IMG/VR virus record: IMGVR_UViG_3300009149_000127
Span: 1 to 35,886 of that record
Length of the DNA stretch: 35,886 nt
DNA from: a virus
Taxonomy: Duplodnaviria; Caudoviricetes
Reading direction: 5' to 3' (one strand)
Shown here: positions 8,900-18,845 of the stretch, piece after piece
How the letters are laid out: the number at the start of each line of letters is the position of its first letter
Numbering within the stretch: the first letter of the stretch is position 1
Notes under the pieces: model-generated
What the model saw: the letters and a program-made list of their open reading frames with translations, nothing else
What the model was told of the DNA's origin: nothing
The model's database searches: none
Position numbers and translations under genes: made by a program

Positions 8900-10342
8900 A
8901 TGATTTCTGAAATTTTTTTGGATAAAGTTTTAGATTTATACTTTTGTAAAACAGTGGATTCATATTATGATGAGACAATTGTTAGAAATGATATTATGAC
9001 GGTATTGGCATATGCATCTAATAACGAACTCCCAATAAGAATTCTTCCAAAATTTGAATTAGTTAATTATATAATTCATGATGTGGATTGGGATAAAAAT
9101 TCATCTGATATCGTACTAGAAAATATTTCCTCATCTGATAAATTTTCTCAGTTTATAGATTTATTGAAGTATAAACAGACAATTTTATTAGATAGGGTCA
9201 GATGTCAATCAATTCTTCAGATGATTAATATGAAGAAAGAAGGCATTATTATAGAAGAAGATAAGAACATACTGGTAGATTTCTTAGATAAATATGAAAG
9301 TGGAGATTTTTCCGGAAGCGAAGAACTCGTTAAAACATATGAAGATATGATAAGTAACATATATATTAGAACTCTATTAAAGAAACGATATGATGATACT
9401 ATTAATATGAATGAGTTTGTTTTTGAAAATGAATTATCACTAGATAATTGTTTGAAAATAATAGAAAAAACCAATGATGAAACTACGAAAATAAAAAGTG
9501 GACTTCCTATGTTCGATAGGACGACACTGAGAGGTGGTTTTGATAATGGCAGAATATATATCTTCGGAGGAACTCCTGGTGTTGGAAAATCTATAATGCT
9601 TTTAAATCTTCTTTGTGGTGCTACATTCCATCCTGATAATGAAGAAGGGTTATATTTTTATTTTACGCTTGAAAACTTTATAGAAGAAAGCTTGGACAGA
9701 ATGATGAAGATAATACCATACCACGATCCAACATTTGGAAAATCTGGTAATGGTGATCCTAGAGAAGTAATAAAAGGATTGGAAAAATCAAATAAAAAAA
9801 TTCTCATGAAATATCTTCATCCTTATACTAGCACTGTCAATGATGCTATGATCTATATCGACGAAGCAATGGCGAAAACAGGTTTGAAACCAAAAATGAT
9901 AATCTTTGATTATCTAGATTTATTCTCATCCGTCAACAAAACAGATTTGTATAGATTGGAACTTGGATATGTGACAATGGAACAGAAAATGGTTGGGATA
10001 AAATATTCAGCCCCAGTTATAACCGCAACACAATTAAATGCAGAAGGATATAACAAGAATACTCCTGGATTAGGAAGTCTGACCGAGTCTAAGAAAAAAG
10101 TGGAGCATGGTGATTTCGTTGGTTTACTGAAAACAGACGATAGTGTTTCACCCATCAAGGATTTATTTGTACATGTTAGAAAAAATAGAAATGGTCCGCT
10201 TGGTGATATTGCATTTAAAATAGACTATGTTAAGATGATCATATCCGAACAAAACAAAAACAACTTTTCAAATAGCTCAATTCCTAATATTGGAATTGAT
10301 ACAAGTGATATTATTATTAATCAGGGGGGATTTGGTGATTAA
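8900..10342 (+). CDS. Replicative DNA helicase, DnaB/gp41-like (SF4)
   Basis: Walker A GGTPGVGKS, FTLE, Walker B IIFDYLDL, VITATQLN and KNRNG; AGGAGG RBS. Confidence 0.92.
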   Translation: MISEIFLDKVLDLYFCKTVDSYYDETIVRNDIMTVLAYASNNELPIRILPKFELVNYIIHDVDWDKNSSDIVLENISSSDKFSQFIDLLKYKQTILLDRVRCQSILQMINMKKEGIIIEEDKNILVDFLDKYESGDFSGSEELVKTYEDMISNIYIRTLLKKRYDDTINMNEFVFENELSLDNCLKIIEKTNDETTKIKSGLPMFDRTTLRGGFDNGRIYIFGGTPGVGKSIMLLNLLCGATFHPDNEEGLYFYFTLENFIEESLDRMMKIIPYHDPTFGKSGNGDPREVIKGLEKSNKKILMKYLHPYTSTVNDAMIYIDEAMAKTGLKPKMIIFDYLDLFSSVNKTDLYRLELGYVTMEQKMVGIKYSAPVITATQLNAEGYNKNTPGLGSLTESKKKVEHGDFVGLLKTDDSVSPIKDLFVHVRKNRNGPLGDIAFKIDYVKMIISEQNKNNFSNSSIPNIGIDTSDIIINQGGFGD

Positions 10343-10634
10343 ATCTACATTATATGTTGCCATACAAGGATTTATATCTTGTGTGTGTTTTGCATTGATG
10401 TCCTCGGCTGTTACATGGATGGCTGGTGAAGAAATTATAAGTATGACATTTGGGTTAATATATGCTAAGCAGCTGACTTATATTTATTTTTTGAAATTGA
10501 ATTTTATTTTATTGTGGACTATTTATTGGATGGAGAAGATTTGGAATCTTCCGATATTCGAGGCACTCACAATTGTAATAGAAAAATTATTCTCAACTAA
10601 AGCTAAAGGAGGAAATGATGAACATACGGTATAA
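10335..10634 (+). CDS. Small membrane protein
   Basis: GTG start at 10335 after AGGGGGGA. Two to three hydrophobic segments and a charged C-terminal tail. Confidence 0.6.
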   Translation: MIKSTLYVAIQGFISCVCFALMSSAVTWMAGEEIISMTFGLIYAKQLTYIYFLKLNFILLWTIYWMEKIWNLPIFEALTIVIEKLFSTKAKGGNDEHTV

Positions 10635-11283
10635 CCTACAAAAATACTTGTTTACTCTAATAGGTGACACGGCATTTCATTTAAGCATTACAAAAGAGTA
10701 TGGATTTAGATTTATGTTTGGAATAAATCCACCATCATATAGCTTCTCTGGTGATGAATTGTATGATTGTATAGAAAAACTTTTTGATGGTGAGTTTGAA
10801 CCAGGGGATATATTCTTGAGAAGATATGATTCTTATTTGGACACAAAATTTATACCTGGAGAAATGAATCATGCGGGTGTATATGTCGGAAAAGAAAATG
10901 GAAAACATCATGTTATCCATGCTTTGTCCCAGGGTGTCATAAAGGAGAATGCTGTTAATTTTTTAAGGACAGATCATTTCGTAGTATTTAGACCCAATAT
11001 TCCCAAAGAGCTGAGAAGTGAAGCAGCCATATCAGCATATGATTACTTAGGGAGACCTTATGATTTTGATTTCAAATTTACAGACGATTCTAGATTGGCA
11101 TGTACCGAACTCATCGGCGCATGTTATAAAAAATTCAGCGATGTATATAAATTTAATATGAAACAACGGTTTGGAAGAATTACTTTAATTGCTGATGATA
11201 TTTTCTTATCAGATGGTGAAATAGTGTTTCATACCAAGAGCATAGAAGATTTCAATATTTGGAAATTGAAGAACAAAAATTAA
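10618..11283 (+). CDS. Permuted papain-like NlpC/P60 amidase (YiiX/YebB family)
   Basis: PGDIFLRR, NHAGVYVG, VIHA...GV, YLGRPYDFDF and LACTELI; His precedes Cys (permuted order). ATG 10618 is better spaced from AGGAGG than ATG 10615. Confidence 0.82.
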   Translation: MNIRYNLQKYLFTLIGDTAFHLSITKEYGFRFMFGINPPSYSFSGDELYDCIEKLFDGEFEPGDIFLRRYDSYLDTKFIPGEMNHAGVYVGKENGKHHVIHALSQGVIKENAVNFLRTDHFVVFRPNIPKELRSEAAISAYDYLGRPYDFDFKFTDDSRLACTELIGACYKKFSDVYKFNMKQRFGRITLIADDIFLSDGEIVFHTKSIEDFNIWKLKNKN

Positions 11284-11284
11284 A
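11269..11284 (+). promoter_or_regulatory. Putative phage promoter, class A (AAGAACAAAAATTAAA)
   Basis: Motif copy overlapping the previous stop codon, ~20 nt upstream of the DNA polymerase start. Confidence 0.5.
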
Positions 11285-11302
11285 AATAAGAGGAAGAATT
11301 TA

Positions 11303-13924
11303 ATGTCTTTTTTGATGAATGAGATAAAACCAATCATGGAGAAATTCAACAATCCTGGTTTGTTAGATATTCAATATTTGAAAAATAATTTGTATTATAT
11401 TTTTAGATCTGATGGTGATAAAAAATTAATTTACAAATATAAAGGTGATACAAATTATTATTATTACAAAAATGATAGAAGTGTTGAGGCGACAGAAAGT
11501 ATTAGTAATTGTGAAATGGTGTATGGTAATTATAATAAAGTGCGAAGATACACCGAAGATAGTTCATTTGAACAGGATTTCAATATTGCAACAAGACATG
11601 CGCTGGATTTCTATTTGAGCAATCCAAACAATGATGCTAAATATAGAATTTTATTTTTAGATATAGAATTAGATTTGAAAAATTGCAATGGAATGCCAAG
11701 TAATATGAATGCGAGTGCTCCAATATGCATGATATCTTATGGCACGGATGTTGACAACATAAAAACACTATCTTTGGAAAGTCCAAAGATAAATAAAGAT
11801 AAATGGAAAAACACTACCATGTTCTTTGAATCGGAAAAGGAAATGCTAAATTATCTAATAATGGATATCCGAACGATGAATTTGGATATTTTGACGGCAT
11901 GGTATGCATATTTCGACTATGGTTATATTATGGGCAGAATGCAGTATTTGAAAATGGACTATAGTAAATTGTCTCCAGTTGGGCATGTTAGTATGAATCC
12001 GAAATATAAAGAAATAATATATGGTGGGTTTGTTATTGTCGATTTATTGGAAATTTATAAGAATTTTTCTCTCGGAGAATTATCATCATATAAACTCGAT
12101 ATGGTTGCTCAGCATGAATTGAAAGAAGTGAAGCACAAATTCGAAGGGGATATTAGAACACTATTTGAGAGAGATCCAGATAAAATGATTGAATACAATA
12201 AACAGGATGTTGCTCTCATATGTAGGATTAATAAAAAGAAGAAACATATCGAGCTTCAGAACAAACTACGAACTTTTTGTGGGATGACGTGGAAAAAATC
12301 ACTCTCAACCATAGGTCTCATTGATGGATTGCTGGTGAAATTTTCCAGACAAAATAATCATGTTATACGTTCTAATAGAAAATCCAAAGCAATAGAACCC
12401 ATCCGGGGCGCGTATGTTAAAACACCGAAAGGTGGAATATATGAATGGGTTATTGATTTGGATTATAGTGCACTATATCCTTCAATAATTAGATCATATA
12501 ACATGGGCATGGAAACTATACTCGCCGATATAGATGAGAAAGTGGCTTTTAATTATTTATATAAAGGTGAACTTCCAGAAACCGAAGTAAAAATTAGGCT
12601 ATTCCCATATTCAAACAAAGAAAAATATGATCTTATCACGCCAGACAGATTGAAAGAAATGATAGATGAAAACTATTTGACTCTGAATGGGGCATTCTTT
12701 AAGAAGCACGATCGTGGAATATCTCTATATAATACAATCTTAACAAGTTTGGATAAACTTAGAAAGGTTTACAAAAATTTATATAAAGAATATTTGGAAA
12801 AGGGCGAGGAAGAAGAATCTGATAAAAATTATATTGCACAGTGGGCTGTAAAGATTCTTTCGAATGCTATGTATGGAGCATTGCAGAATGAAAATTACAG
12901 ATATTTTAATCCAGTTCTTGGATCTGCCGTTACATCCACTGGTCAAGAATTAATTAAGATGACTGGTATGGCTGTTGATAGTGCTTTAGAAAAAGATGAA
13001 AAAATAACAAGCTTAGATTTTAATTATATCATCAAAAAATTTAGAAGTGAGTTTTATCTAGATGATATAACAACCAAAGATGTTATCTACACTGACACAG
13101 ATTCAATATTTATTGAAATGGACGCCTTGCTAAAGAAAAATAAAAGCAAGGATTATGTTAAAGACATCCTAGAATATTGGGTTCCATATATATCAAATGT
13201 CGTGAATGAAATATTTATTAAAGATAATTATATTGGTTTTCATAAATTGGATAAGAATAATTGTTTTTTGGATGTTAAACAGGAATGGATTGCCAGAAGA
13301 ATGTATATGGTCGTCAAGAAGAGATATGCATATTGGATGATTAATAATGAAGGTGTCGAGGCTGATAAAATAAAAATAACTGGGCTGGACAATAAACGGT
13401 CAGATGTTTCTCAATTCACGAGGGATAAGCTGTCGACATTATTTGAGATGATATTAAAGTCTGAAGAGAAGGTAGATATATCCCAATTATTAGATTTTAT
13501 GCATATCGCGGAGAGTGAAATGATGAGTCTTATTAAAAATAGAAACATATGTATTGGGAGGCCAGTCAATTTTAACAAAGAATTAAGTGAATATAAAAAT
13601 ATGCCGCAACACATAAAAGGGATGCTGACGTGGAATGAAATAATGAACGAAGATTTTGCAGCGGGGACAAAAGGATATTTGTATACAATAAATGGAATAG
13701 ATACATCATTTTTAGATAAGGTGCAACTTAAGAAGTATTCTAAATTTTTAAAGACAAACACATTCAAATCAGTTGATTGTATAGTAATTCCACAAGAGTA
13801 TGATTTTGTTCCAGATCAGTTTATTTTAAATTCAATAGACATATTGGATAAGGGCTGGAAAAAAATAGTAACAAGAATTTTAAATCCAATTTTCCAATTG
13901 GAAATGGAATTAGAAACATTTTAA
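11303..13924 (+). CDS. Family B DNA polymerase with 3'-5' exonuclease
   Basis: ExoI LDIE, ExoII FD..YI, ExoIII YNKQDV; polymerase motifs DYSALYPSII, KILSNAMYG and YTDTDS. Confidence 0.96.
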   Translation: MSFLMNEIKPIMEKFNNPGLLDIQYLKNNLYYIFRSDGDKKLIYKYKGDTNYYYYKNDRSVEATESISNCEMVYGNYNKVRRYTEDSSFEQDFNIATRHALDFYLSNPNNDAKYRILFLDIELDLKNCNGMPSNMNASAPICMISYGTDVDNIKTLSLESPKINKDKWKNTTMFFESEKEMLNYLIMDIRTMNLDILTAWYAYFDYGYIMGRMQYLKMDYSKLSPVGHVSMNPKYKEIIYGGFVIVDLLEIYKNFSLGELSSYKLDMVAQHELKEVKHKFEGDIRTLFERDPDKMIEYNKQDVALICRINKKKKHIELQNKLRTFCGMTWKKSLSTIGLIDGLLVKFSRQNNHVIRSNRKSKAIEPIRGAYVKTPKGGIYEWVIDLDYSALYPSIIRSYNMGMETILADIDEKVAFNYLYKGELPETEVKIRLFPYSNKEKYDLITPDRLKEMIDENYLTLNGAFFKKHDRGISLYNTILTSLDKLRKVYKNLYKEYLEKGEEEESDKNYIAQWAVKILSNAMYGALQNENYRYFNPVLGSAVTSTGQELIKMTGMAVDSALEKDEKITSLDFNYIIKKFRSEFYLDDITTKDVIYTDTDSIFIEMDALLKKNKSKDYVKDILEYWVPYISNVVNEIFIKDNYIGFHKLDKNNCFLDVKQEWIARRMYMVVKKRYAYWMINNEGVEADKIKITGLDNKRSDVSQFTRDKLSTLFEMILKSEEKVDISQLLDFMHIAESEMMSLIKNRNICIGRPVNFNKELSEYKNMPQHIKGMLTWNEIMNEDFAAGTKGYLYTINGIDTSFLDKVQLKKYSKFLKTNTFKSVDCIVIPQEYDFVPDQFILNSIDILDKGWKKIVTRILNPIFQLEMELETF

Positions 13925-13935
13925 AATTGTAAAAC

Positions 13936-13950
13936 GAGAACAAAATAAAA
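13936..13950 (+). promoter_or_regulatory. Putative phage promoter, class A (GAGAACAAAATAAAA)
   Basis: Intergenic motif copy upstream of the acidic protein gene, followed by a short CGATG/CATCG inverted repeat (13952-13970). Confidence 0.6.
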
Positions 13951-14011
13951 ACGATGATATAGTAACATCGAAAAATTTTTAACATTCTAATGTTTGGGAG
14001 GATGAATTACC

Positions 14012-15295
14012 ATGAAGAAAACTAGATCCGATCATTTAATCGAAGCCGCGGAAACACTAAGAAGAATATTTTATGAAGAATATGAAGAGGAACCGGTTCT
14101 CAAGACAACCAAAGAAATTGAAGATGAAGAAGGAGCAAACCGTGCCGAATTTCTAAATTCTCTAAAAGATCTCAAGGACGACGAAGTCCCTGCTGAGATG
14201 CCCGAAGGTGAAATGAGTGGCGAAGAAATGCCTGCAGAAGGTGAAGAAACAACTTTTGAAGCACCCGCAGAAGGTGAAGAAATGGCTGCCGAAGGTGAAG
14301 AAATGGCCGCTGAAGGCGAAGCCGGGGAAGGTGCAGGTGAAGAAGTAGAAGCTGTAGGCGAAGAAGAAGAAGAAGAAGAAGTAGAAGAAAGTTGGAGAGA
14401 AAGTTGGAGAGAAAGTTTAACAGAATCCGAAGAAGGACTCGAAGACTTGGAACAACTAGATGCGGATGATAGTCTTGAAAATGAATCAGAGGTTGAAGTA
14501 AAAACTGGACCCGTTGATGGCGGAAAGCTCGAAGAGCAAAGAGCATCAGGTGGCCCACAAGCTTCCAGAAGATCAGAATTGGAAGAACAGCAAGATGGCG
14601 TTGAGGATGTGGTTCAAATTGAAATTGAAAACGAGATGGATGAGATGGAAGTTGCATCAGGTGAACAATTCGATGCAGGTCCGGCAGAAGAAGTTTACGA
14701 AGTAGAAATGGGTGGTGAGGAAATGGCTGACGAAGAAATGCCTGCAGAAGTACCCATGGAAATGGATGATGAAGATGAAGAGGGAGAAGAAGTAGAAGAA
14801 AGAGAGCAGGAAAGTGCCAATCTACTTAGAGAATTTCAGAAATTAGAATCTGAAATGAGACAAATAATGAAAAGTTCTATAATCCAGGAAGATCTCGAAA
14901 TGGCAGACACATACCTGGATGATCTTATCGAGCAGGTCAAAACTGAAGGGATGCCTGATACAGTTTCGGCTGAATTCGATGTAATGGATACTGGAAAAGC
15001 AAAACCTAAGACTGTGGATCTTGGAGACGAATATTCAGAACTTGATATTTTCAAGGAAGATTTAGATTTCTTCGAGGAAGAAGCCGAAGGTAGTGATGTG
15101 CTCGATGAAAAGTACCCAGAAACAGATACAGATGAAGTCATTGAGAATGAAGACGAAGGTCTCGCCGCTCAAGAAAAACCGGAAGGTGGAACAGGACTCA
15201 AAGAAAATAAGACTTATCATCAACTTCAAGATGAAGAAGATTATGAAGAATTTGAGGAATGGCTTCGTTTCGGAACTGATAAAAAGAAGAAATAA
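14012..15295 (+). CDS. Extremely acidic low-complexity protein, probable prohead core/scaffold or internal head protein
   Basis: 427 aa, Glu/Asp-dominated, GGGAGG RBS, with many hydrophobic-X-E sites. Upstream of the portal-protease-capsid cluster. The function is inferred. Confidence 0.6.
   Translation: MKKTRSDHLIEAAETLRRIFYEEYEEEPVLKTTKEIEDEEGANRAEFLNSLKDLKDDEVPAEMPEGEMSGEEMPAEGEETTFEAPAEGEEMAAEGEEMAAEGEAGEGAGEEVEAVGEEEEEEEVEESWRESWRESLTESEEGLEDLEQLDADDSLENESEVEVKTGPVDGGKLEEQRASGGPQASRRSELEEQQDGVEDVVQIEIENEMDEMEVASGEQFDAGPAEEVYEVEMGGEEMADEEMPAEVPMEMDDEDEEGEEVEEREQESANLLREFQKLESEMRQIMKSSIIQEDLEMADTYLDDLIEQVKTEGMPDTVSAEFDVMDTGKAKPKTVDLGDEYSELDIFKEDLDFFEEEAEGSDVLDEKYPETDTDEVIENEDEGLAAQEKPEGGTGLKENKTYHQLQDEEDYEEFEEWLRFGTDKKKK
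14270..14417 (+). repeat. In-frame tandem repeats within the acidic protein
   Basis: 21-nt unit GAAGGTGAAGAAATGGCYGCY x2 (14270-14311), (GAA)7 (14360-14380) and 12-nt GAAAGTTGGAGA x2.5 (14387-14417, ESWRESWRES). Confidence 0.85.
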
Positions 15296-15311
15296 TTGAG
15301 GAGGAATTATA

Positions 15312-15659
15312 ATGAGATATTTAGTTTATGTTAAACTTCCAGGCAAAATGATTGAGTGGAAGAGAGGAATGTTCAGAACTCCTCTGAGACTTATAATGCA
15401 TGGCGAAAAAGAGTTGGAAGAATACAAAATTAGACTGAAAGCTGCTGGCATTCTCCCTCATCAATATGAAGTTTCAGAATTAGACAAAAAGGATGAAAAG
15501 AAAGAGGTCGCAGTACAAAAATCAGAAAAACCTCTCAAGGACATTAAACGTGAAGTTAAAGAGCAGGAGAATGTTCCCTTTAAAAAGTCTGATGAGAAAA
15601 AAGAATTAAAAGAATCAAAAGATAAAGGTGTTAGTGATAAGGATAAGAAGGAAAAATAA
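15312..15659 (+). CDS. Hypothetical protein with Lys/Glu-rich C-terminal tail
   Basis: 115 aa with GAGGAGG RBS, followed by a terminator. Confidence 0.75.
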   Translation: MRYLVYVKLPGKMIEWKRGMFRTPLRLIMHGEKELEEYKIRLKAAGILPHQYEVSELDKKDEKKEVAVQKSEKPLKDIKREVKEQENVPFKKSDEKKELKESKDKGVSDKDKKEK

Positions 15660-15681
15660 GTAACTTCTTATTTAATATAAT

Positions 15682-15719
15682 GGGGAGGGGGATATATATA
15701 ACCCTTCCCCTATTTTTTT
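15682..15719 (+). terminator. Intrinsic terminator
   Basis: GGGGAGGGG / CCCTTCCCC stem followed by TATTTTTTT. Confidence 0.8.
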
Positions 15720-15753
15720 CGTAAAAAATGTGTATGTGTCAGGAGGATTAATA

Positions 15754-16056
15754 ATGAAATTTACGTTTTTTGTATCCAACATACCTAAACCAATTATAAT
15801 TACAACAGATGATCAGGACAGAAATGAAGCTCAGGATATTATTCAAAAAGCTATGTCCAATTCTTTGGTTTTGTGTATAGAAAATCATGCGGAGTTTGCA
15901 ATAATTCGCGGATCAACAATAAATTTCGTCCTAGGTCATTCAATAATTGATGTCGACGAATCGTGCAATGCATCTAATTGTAAGATTCTTGAGGGTGTCA
16001 GAATATCTATACCAGTAGAGATGAATACCGAAGATTCGGAAGTTGAGGTTAATTGA
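15754..16056 (+). CDS. Hypothetical protein
   Basis: ATG 15754 follows AGGAGG at 15741-15746. Confidence 0.65.
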   Translation: MKFTFFVSNIPKPIIITTDDQDRNEAQDIIQKAMSNSLVLCIENHAEFAIIRGSTINFVLGHSIIDVDESCNASNCKILEGVRISIPVEMNTEDSEVEVN

Positions 16057-16058
16057 TT

Positions 16059-16487
16059 ATGACATGGTTTATAATTTGTTTTTTATCCGTGATTTTAATT
16101 ATATATACAATTTTTAATAGTCTAAGATGTGTTATGGATTTAAGGATAAAATATACTGAAAACTATGAAAAAATAAACGATATAATAATATATAAAGCAA
16201 CACAAAGTTATGATTTATTTAGGATAAGAGATTTGGCTGTTTATATAAATAATGACACCAGAATGACTCAAGAAGAATTTATATCATATGCGAAATCGTA
16301 TAGGGATTTTTTTAAGTTATTTTGTGGTGATGTAATATATTCGCTTGCTTGTAAAATATATGGCGGAGAAAAACAGCTAAAAATTTATTTGACAATCATT
16401 TTTCACAATTTTATTATAGATGATAAATTGGTAAAAGCATCCGAATCATTATATGAAAAATTGCTCAAAGAGGGGAATAATAAATGA
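16059..16487 (+). CDS. Hypothetical protein with N-terminal transmembrane segment
   Basis: Hydrophobic N-terminus WFIICFLSVILIIYTIF; GAGG upstream; stop overlaps the portal start. Confidence 0.65.
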   Translation: MTWFIICFLSVILIIYTIFNSLRCVMDLRIKYTENYEKINDIIIYKATQSYDLFRIRDLAVYINNDTRMTQEEFISYAKSYRDFFKLFCGDVIYSLACKIYGGEKQLKIYLTIIFHNFIIDDKLVKASESLYEKLLKEGNNK

Positions 16488-18409
16488 ATATTTTTGATAT
16501 GATGTTACAAAGACTACTTGGAGGAGAAGGCGATCCAACAGGACTTGATACTGATGCGGTTATAAATGAAATAGTAAAGGAAAAGCAATTAGGCAGAACC
16601 GATTCTTTTCTACAAGTTATAGGCAAATTGGTTTCGGAAAATAAAAATAAAGATTCTTTTTCTGGTTCTGAAATGTCCGAAGTGGTCAATAAAATGTTCG
16701 GTGGTGCGACAGTAGATTCTTTTAGACAATCTATGGCTGAGCGCATCGGCAGATACAGAGAATATGATGCAATCGTTAGGAAAATACCATATGCTAAAAG
16801 AGCACTTGAGGTAATATCATCAGAGGTGTTGGCCCCGGATAGTATAACGGATTCCAATTTTAATATTAGAAAGAAACGAGAAGTTGTAGACAATGAAAAA
16901 GAAAATGAAGTTAAAAGAAATATTATAGAAATACTAGAGATAACCGAAATGAAGAAAGAATCTAAAAAGTTTGTTAAAACAGCATGTAAGTATGGAGATT
17001 CTTTTATTGAATTGATTGATATGAATAAAGAATTAAAAGAAAAAGGAATTTTAGTAGAATCATTAAATTTGAGTGAAAGTTTTGTTGAAGAGAGTAAAAA
17101 CATTAAGCTCGAAGGTGTTAACATAAATCTTAAAATTTGCTCGTCACCATTTGATAAAATATCTTTATTAATGGAAGATAACTCAGCATCTGGCGGAAAG
17201 TCAACAGTGGGTGATCAGGTTGTTGACAAGGCAAAAATACAAGAAGAAGAGTATGTAGATAAATCAAGTCTTGATGATATATTATTAATCAAACATAACC
17301 CAGGGCTTGTTGTTAGAATCGGTGAGCAGGTTTGCTTCGGATATATAATTTTTCCAAAAGACTTATTGAGCGCACCAAAAATAGAAAATAATATTCTATA
17401 CAAAAGTTCTGGTAATGATAATATGAAAGAATTCTTAAAAAAGATTAAGAATCAATTATCACATAATAAAGAAATAGCATATGAAATTGATAAGAATCGT
17501 GATTTAAAGATCATGCTGACAAAATTATATTTGTTTTATAATGAGATGAATAATATGGGAATGGGCTCAGACGCAGAAATCAGATTTGTACCCCCAGAAT
17601 TAATGTTCCATTTCAAAATAGATTCGGATGATTATGATCCATTTGGTGAATCAATTTTTGCAAATCAGGAATTTGATGCGAAGATAATTGTTCTGTTTAA
17701 AATTTCAATGACATTAATGAGATTGACAAGATCCACAGAAAAGCGTTTGATAGCCTTGGAGATGGGTGTTGAGAAAAGTGTTAGAAACATAATAGAGAGA
17801 TGGAGAGAATTATATGAAAGAAGAAAATATTCCATTGCCGATTCTGGAGGAATAGATTCTGTCCCATCCTTGATAACTACATTCGAAGATATTTTCATTC
17901 CGATGAAAGATGGTAAGAGATTTGTAGAGTTTGATACTATATCTCCGCCAGCTGGATTAGATGCCAAGGTTGATGACTATAAAGTGATGCGCGATTCATT
18001 CATAGCAGGATTAAATGTTCCTCCACCATATCTCAGTGTTGAGGAAAACATAGAGAGTCGTGCAACATTATCACATGAAAATATTATGTTTGCTAAAACG
18101 ATTATAAATCTTCAGAAAGGTTTTGAATCGACTCTTAATAAATTAGTAAAAACCATTTATAGAATCGTCTATCATGAAGATTGTAGTTTTATGGATGTTA
18201 CATTTCCAAGACCAAAAAGTGCTGAATTGACAAGAGAGAGTGAATATTTTAATTCTCTTAAAGATTTCAAGGCAGTTGTTAAGGAATTGGATCTTTCCGA
18301 AGAGAAATTTATTAATAAATATATTGATAGTGATTTGTTAGATAAAACTGAAAGCGATATTGAAAAGGAGATTTCTAATCATGGTGAAGAAGAAGAACCA
18401 GCATTTTAA
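16484..18409 (+). CDS. Portal protein, T4 gp20-like
   Basis: YREYDAI, ALEVISSEV, KYGDSFIE, PFGESIF, EDIFIP..DG, GLNVPPPYL and ATLSHENIMFAKTI..LQ match gp20-family portal motifs. Upstream of the protease and capsid genes. Confidence 0.85.
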   Translation: MNIFDMMLQRLLGGEGDPTGLDTDAVINEIVKEKQLGRTDSFLQVIGKLVSENKNKDSFSGSEMSEVVNKMFGGATVDSFRQSMAERIGRYREYDAIVRKIPYAKRALEVISSEVLAPDSITDSNFNIRKKREVVDNEKENEVKRNIIEILEITEMKKESKKFVKTACKYGDSFIELIDMNKELKEKGILVESLNLSESFVEESKNIKLEGVNINLKICSSPFDKISLLMEDNSASGGKSTVGDQVVDKAKIQEEEYVDKSSLDDILLIKHNPGLVVRIGEQVCFGYIIFPKDLLSAPKIENNILYKSSGNDNMKEFLKKIKNQLSHNKEIAYEIDKNRDLKIMLTKLYLFYNEMNNMGMGSDAEIRFVPPELMFHFKIDSDDYDPFGESIFANQEFDAKIIVLFKISMTLMRLTRSTEKRLIALEMGVEKSVRNIIERWRELYERRKYSIADSGGIDSVPSLITTFEDIFIPMKDGKRFVEFDTISPPAGLDAKVDDYKVMRDSFIAGLNVPPPYLSVEENIESRATLSHENIMFAKTIINLQKGFESTLNKLVKTIYRIVYHEDCSFMDVTFPRPKSAELTRESEYFNSLKDFKAVVKELDLSEEKFINKYIDSDLLDKTESDIEKEISNHGEEEEPAF

Positions 18410-18833
18410 GTTTTTGACCGAGTCTTCCGAATCGAAATGGTTGTCACGACAAATTGTTAATGTTATATTCAATTTCGACAGGGCATTCCAAAGATTTAGG
18501 AGATTTTTCCCAAATTGCGCTTTCAATGATCTGATAAATGATAGAATATCTATAATGCATGAGATCGTGGGAGAGATGCAGGAAAACATGCCCGACATGA
18601 CGATATTGAAAAGATTGTTGGAAAGCATTTTAAAAATCATATGGACAATAGATAAACAAATGGTTAATTATATGAAACAAGAAAGAGAAAAGGAAATAAA
18701 AGAAGAGAAAGAATATAAAGAAGAAATTAAAGATAAAAAAGAAGATCAAGATGATATAAAGAATCAGCAAATTAGTAATAAAGAAGAAGTGATGAAAGAT
18801 ATAAATGAAGATAATATGCGGATGAAGCAATAG
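18381..18833 (+). CDS. Hypothetical head-module protein with charged C-terminus
   Basis: ATG 18381 follows AAGGAG; overlaps the portal 3' end; lies between portal and protease. Confidence 0.65.
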   Translation: MVKKKNQHFKFLTESSESKWLSRQIVNVIFNFDRAFQRFRRFFPNCAFNDLINDRISIMHEIVGEMQENMPDMTILKRLLESILKIIWTIDKQMVNYMKQEREKEIKEEKEYKEEIKDKKEDQDDIKNQQISNKEEVMKDINEDNMRMKQ

Positions 18834-18845
18834 GGAGGATACAAT

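Noticed and set aside
8804-10260. Additional GAACA matches inside coding regions (8804, 10247)
   Set aside because: They match the A/T tract less well and are expected by chance in AT-rich codons, so they were not counted as promoters.
14270-14417. Tandem repeats as a phase-variation or mobile-element signal
   Set aside because: All units are multiples of three and simply encode the low-complexity acidic protein.
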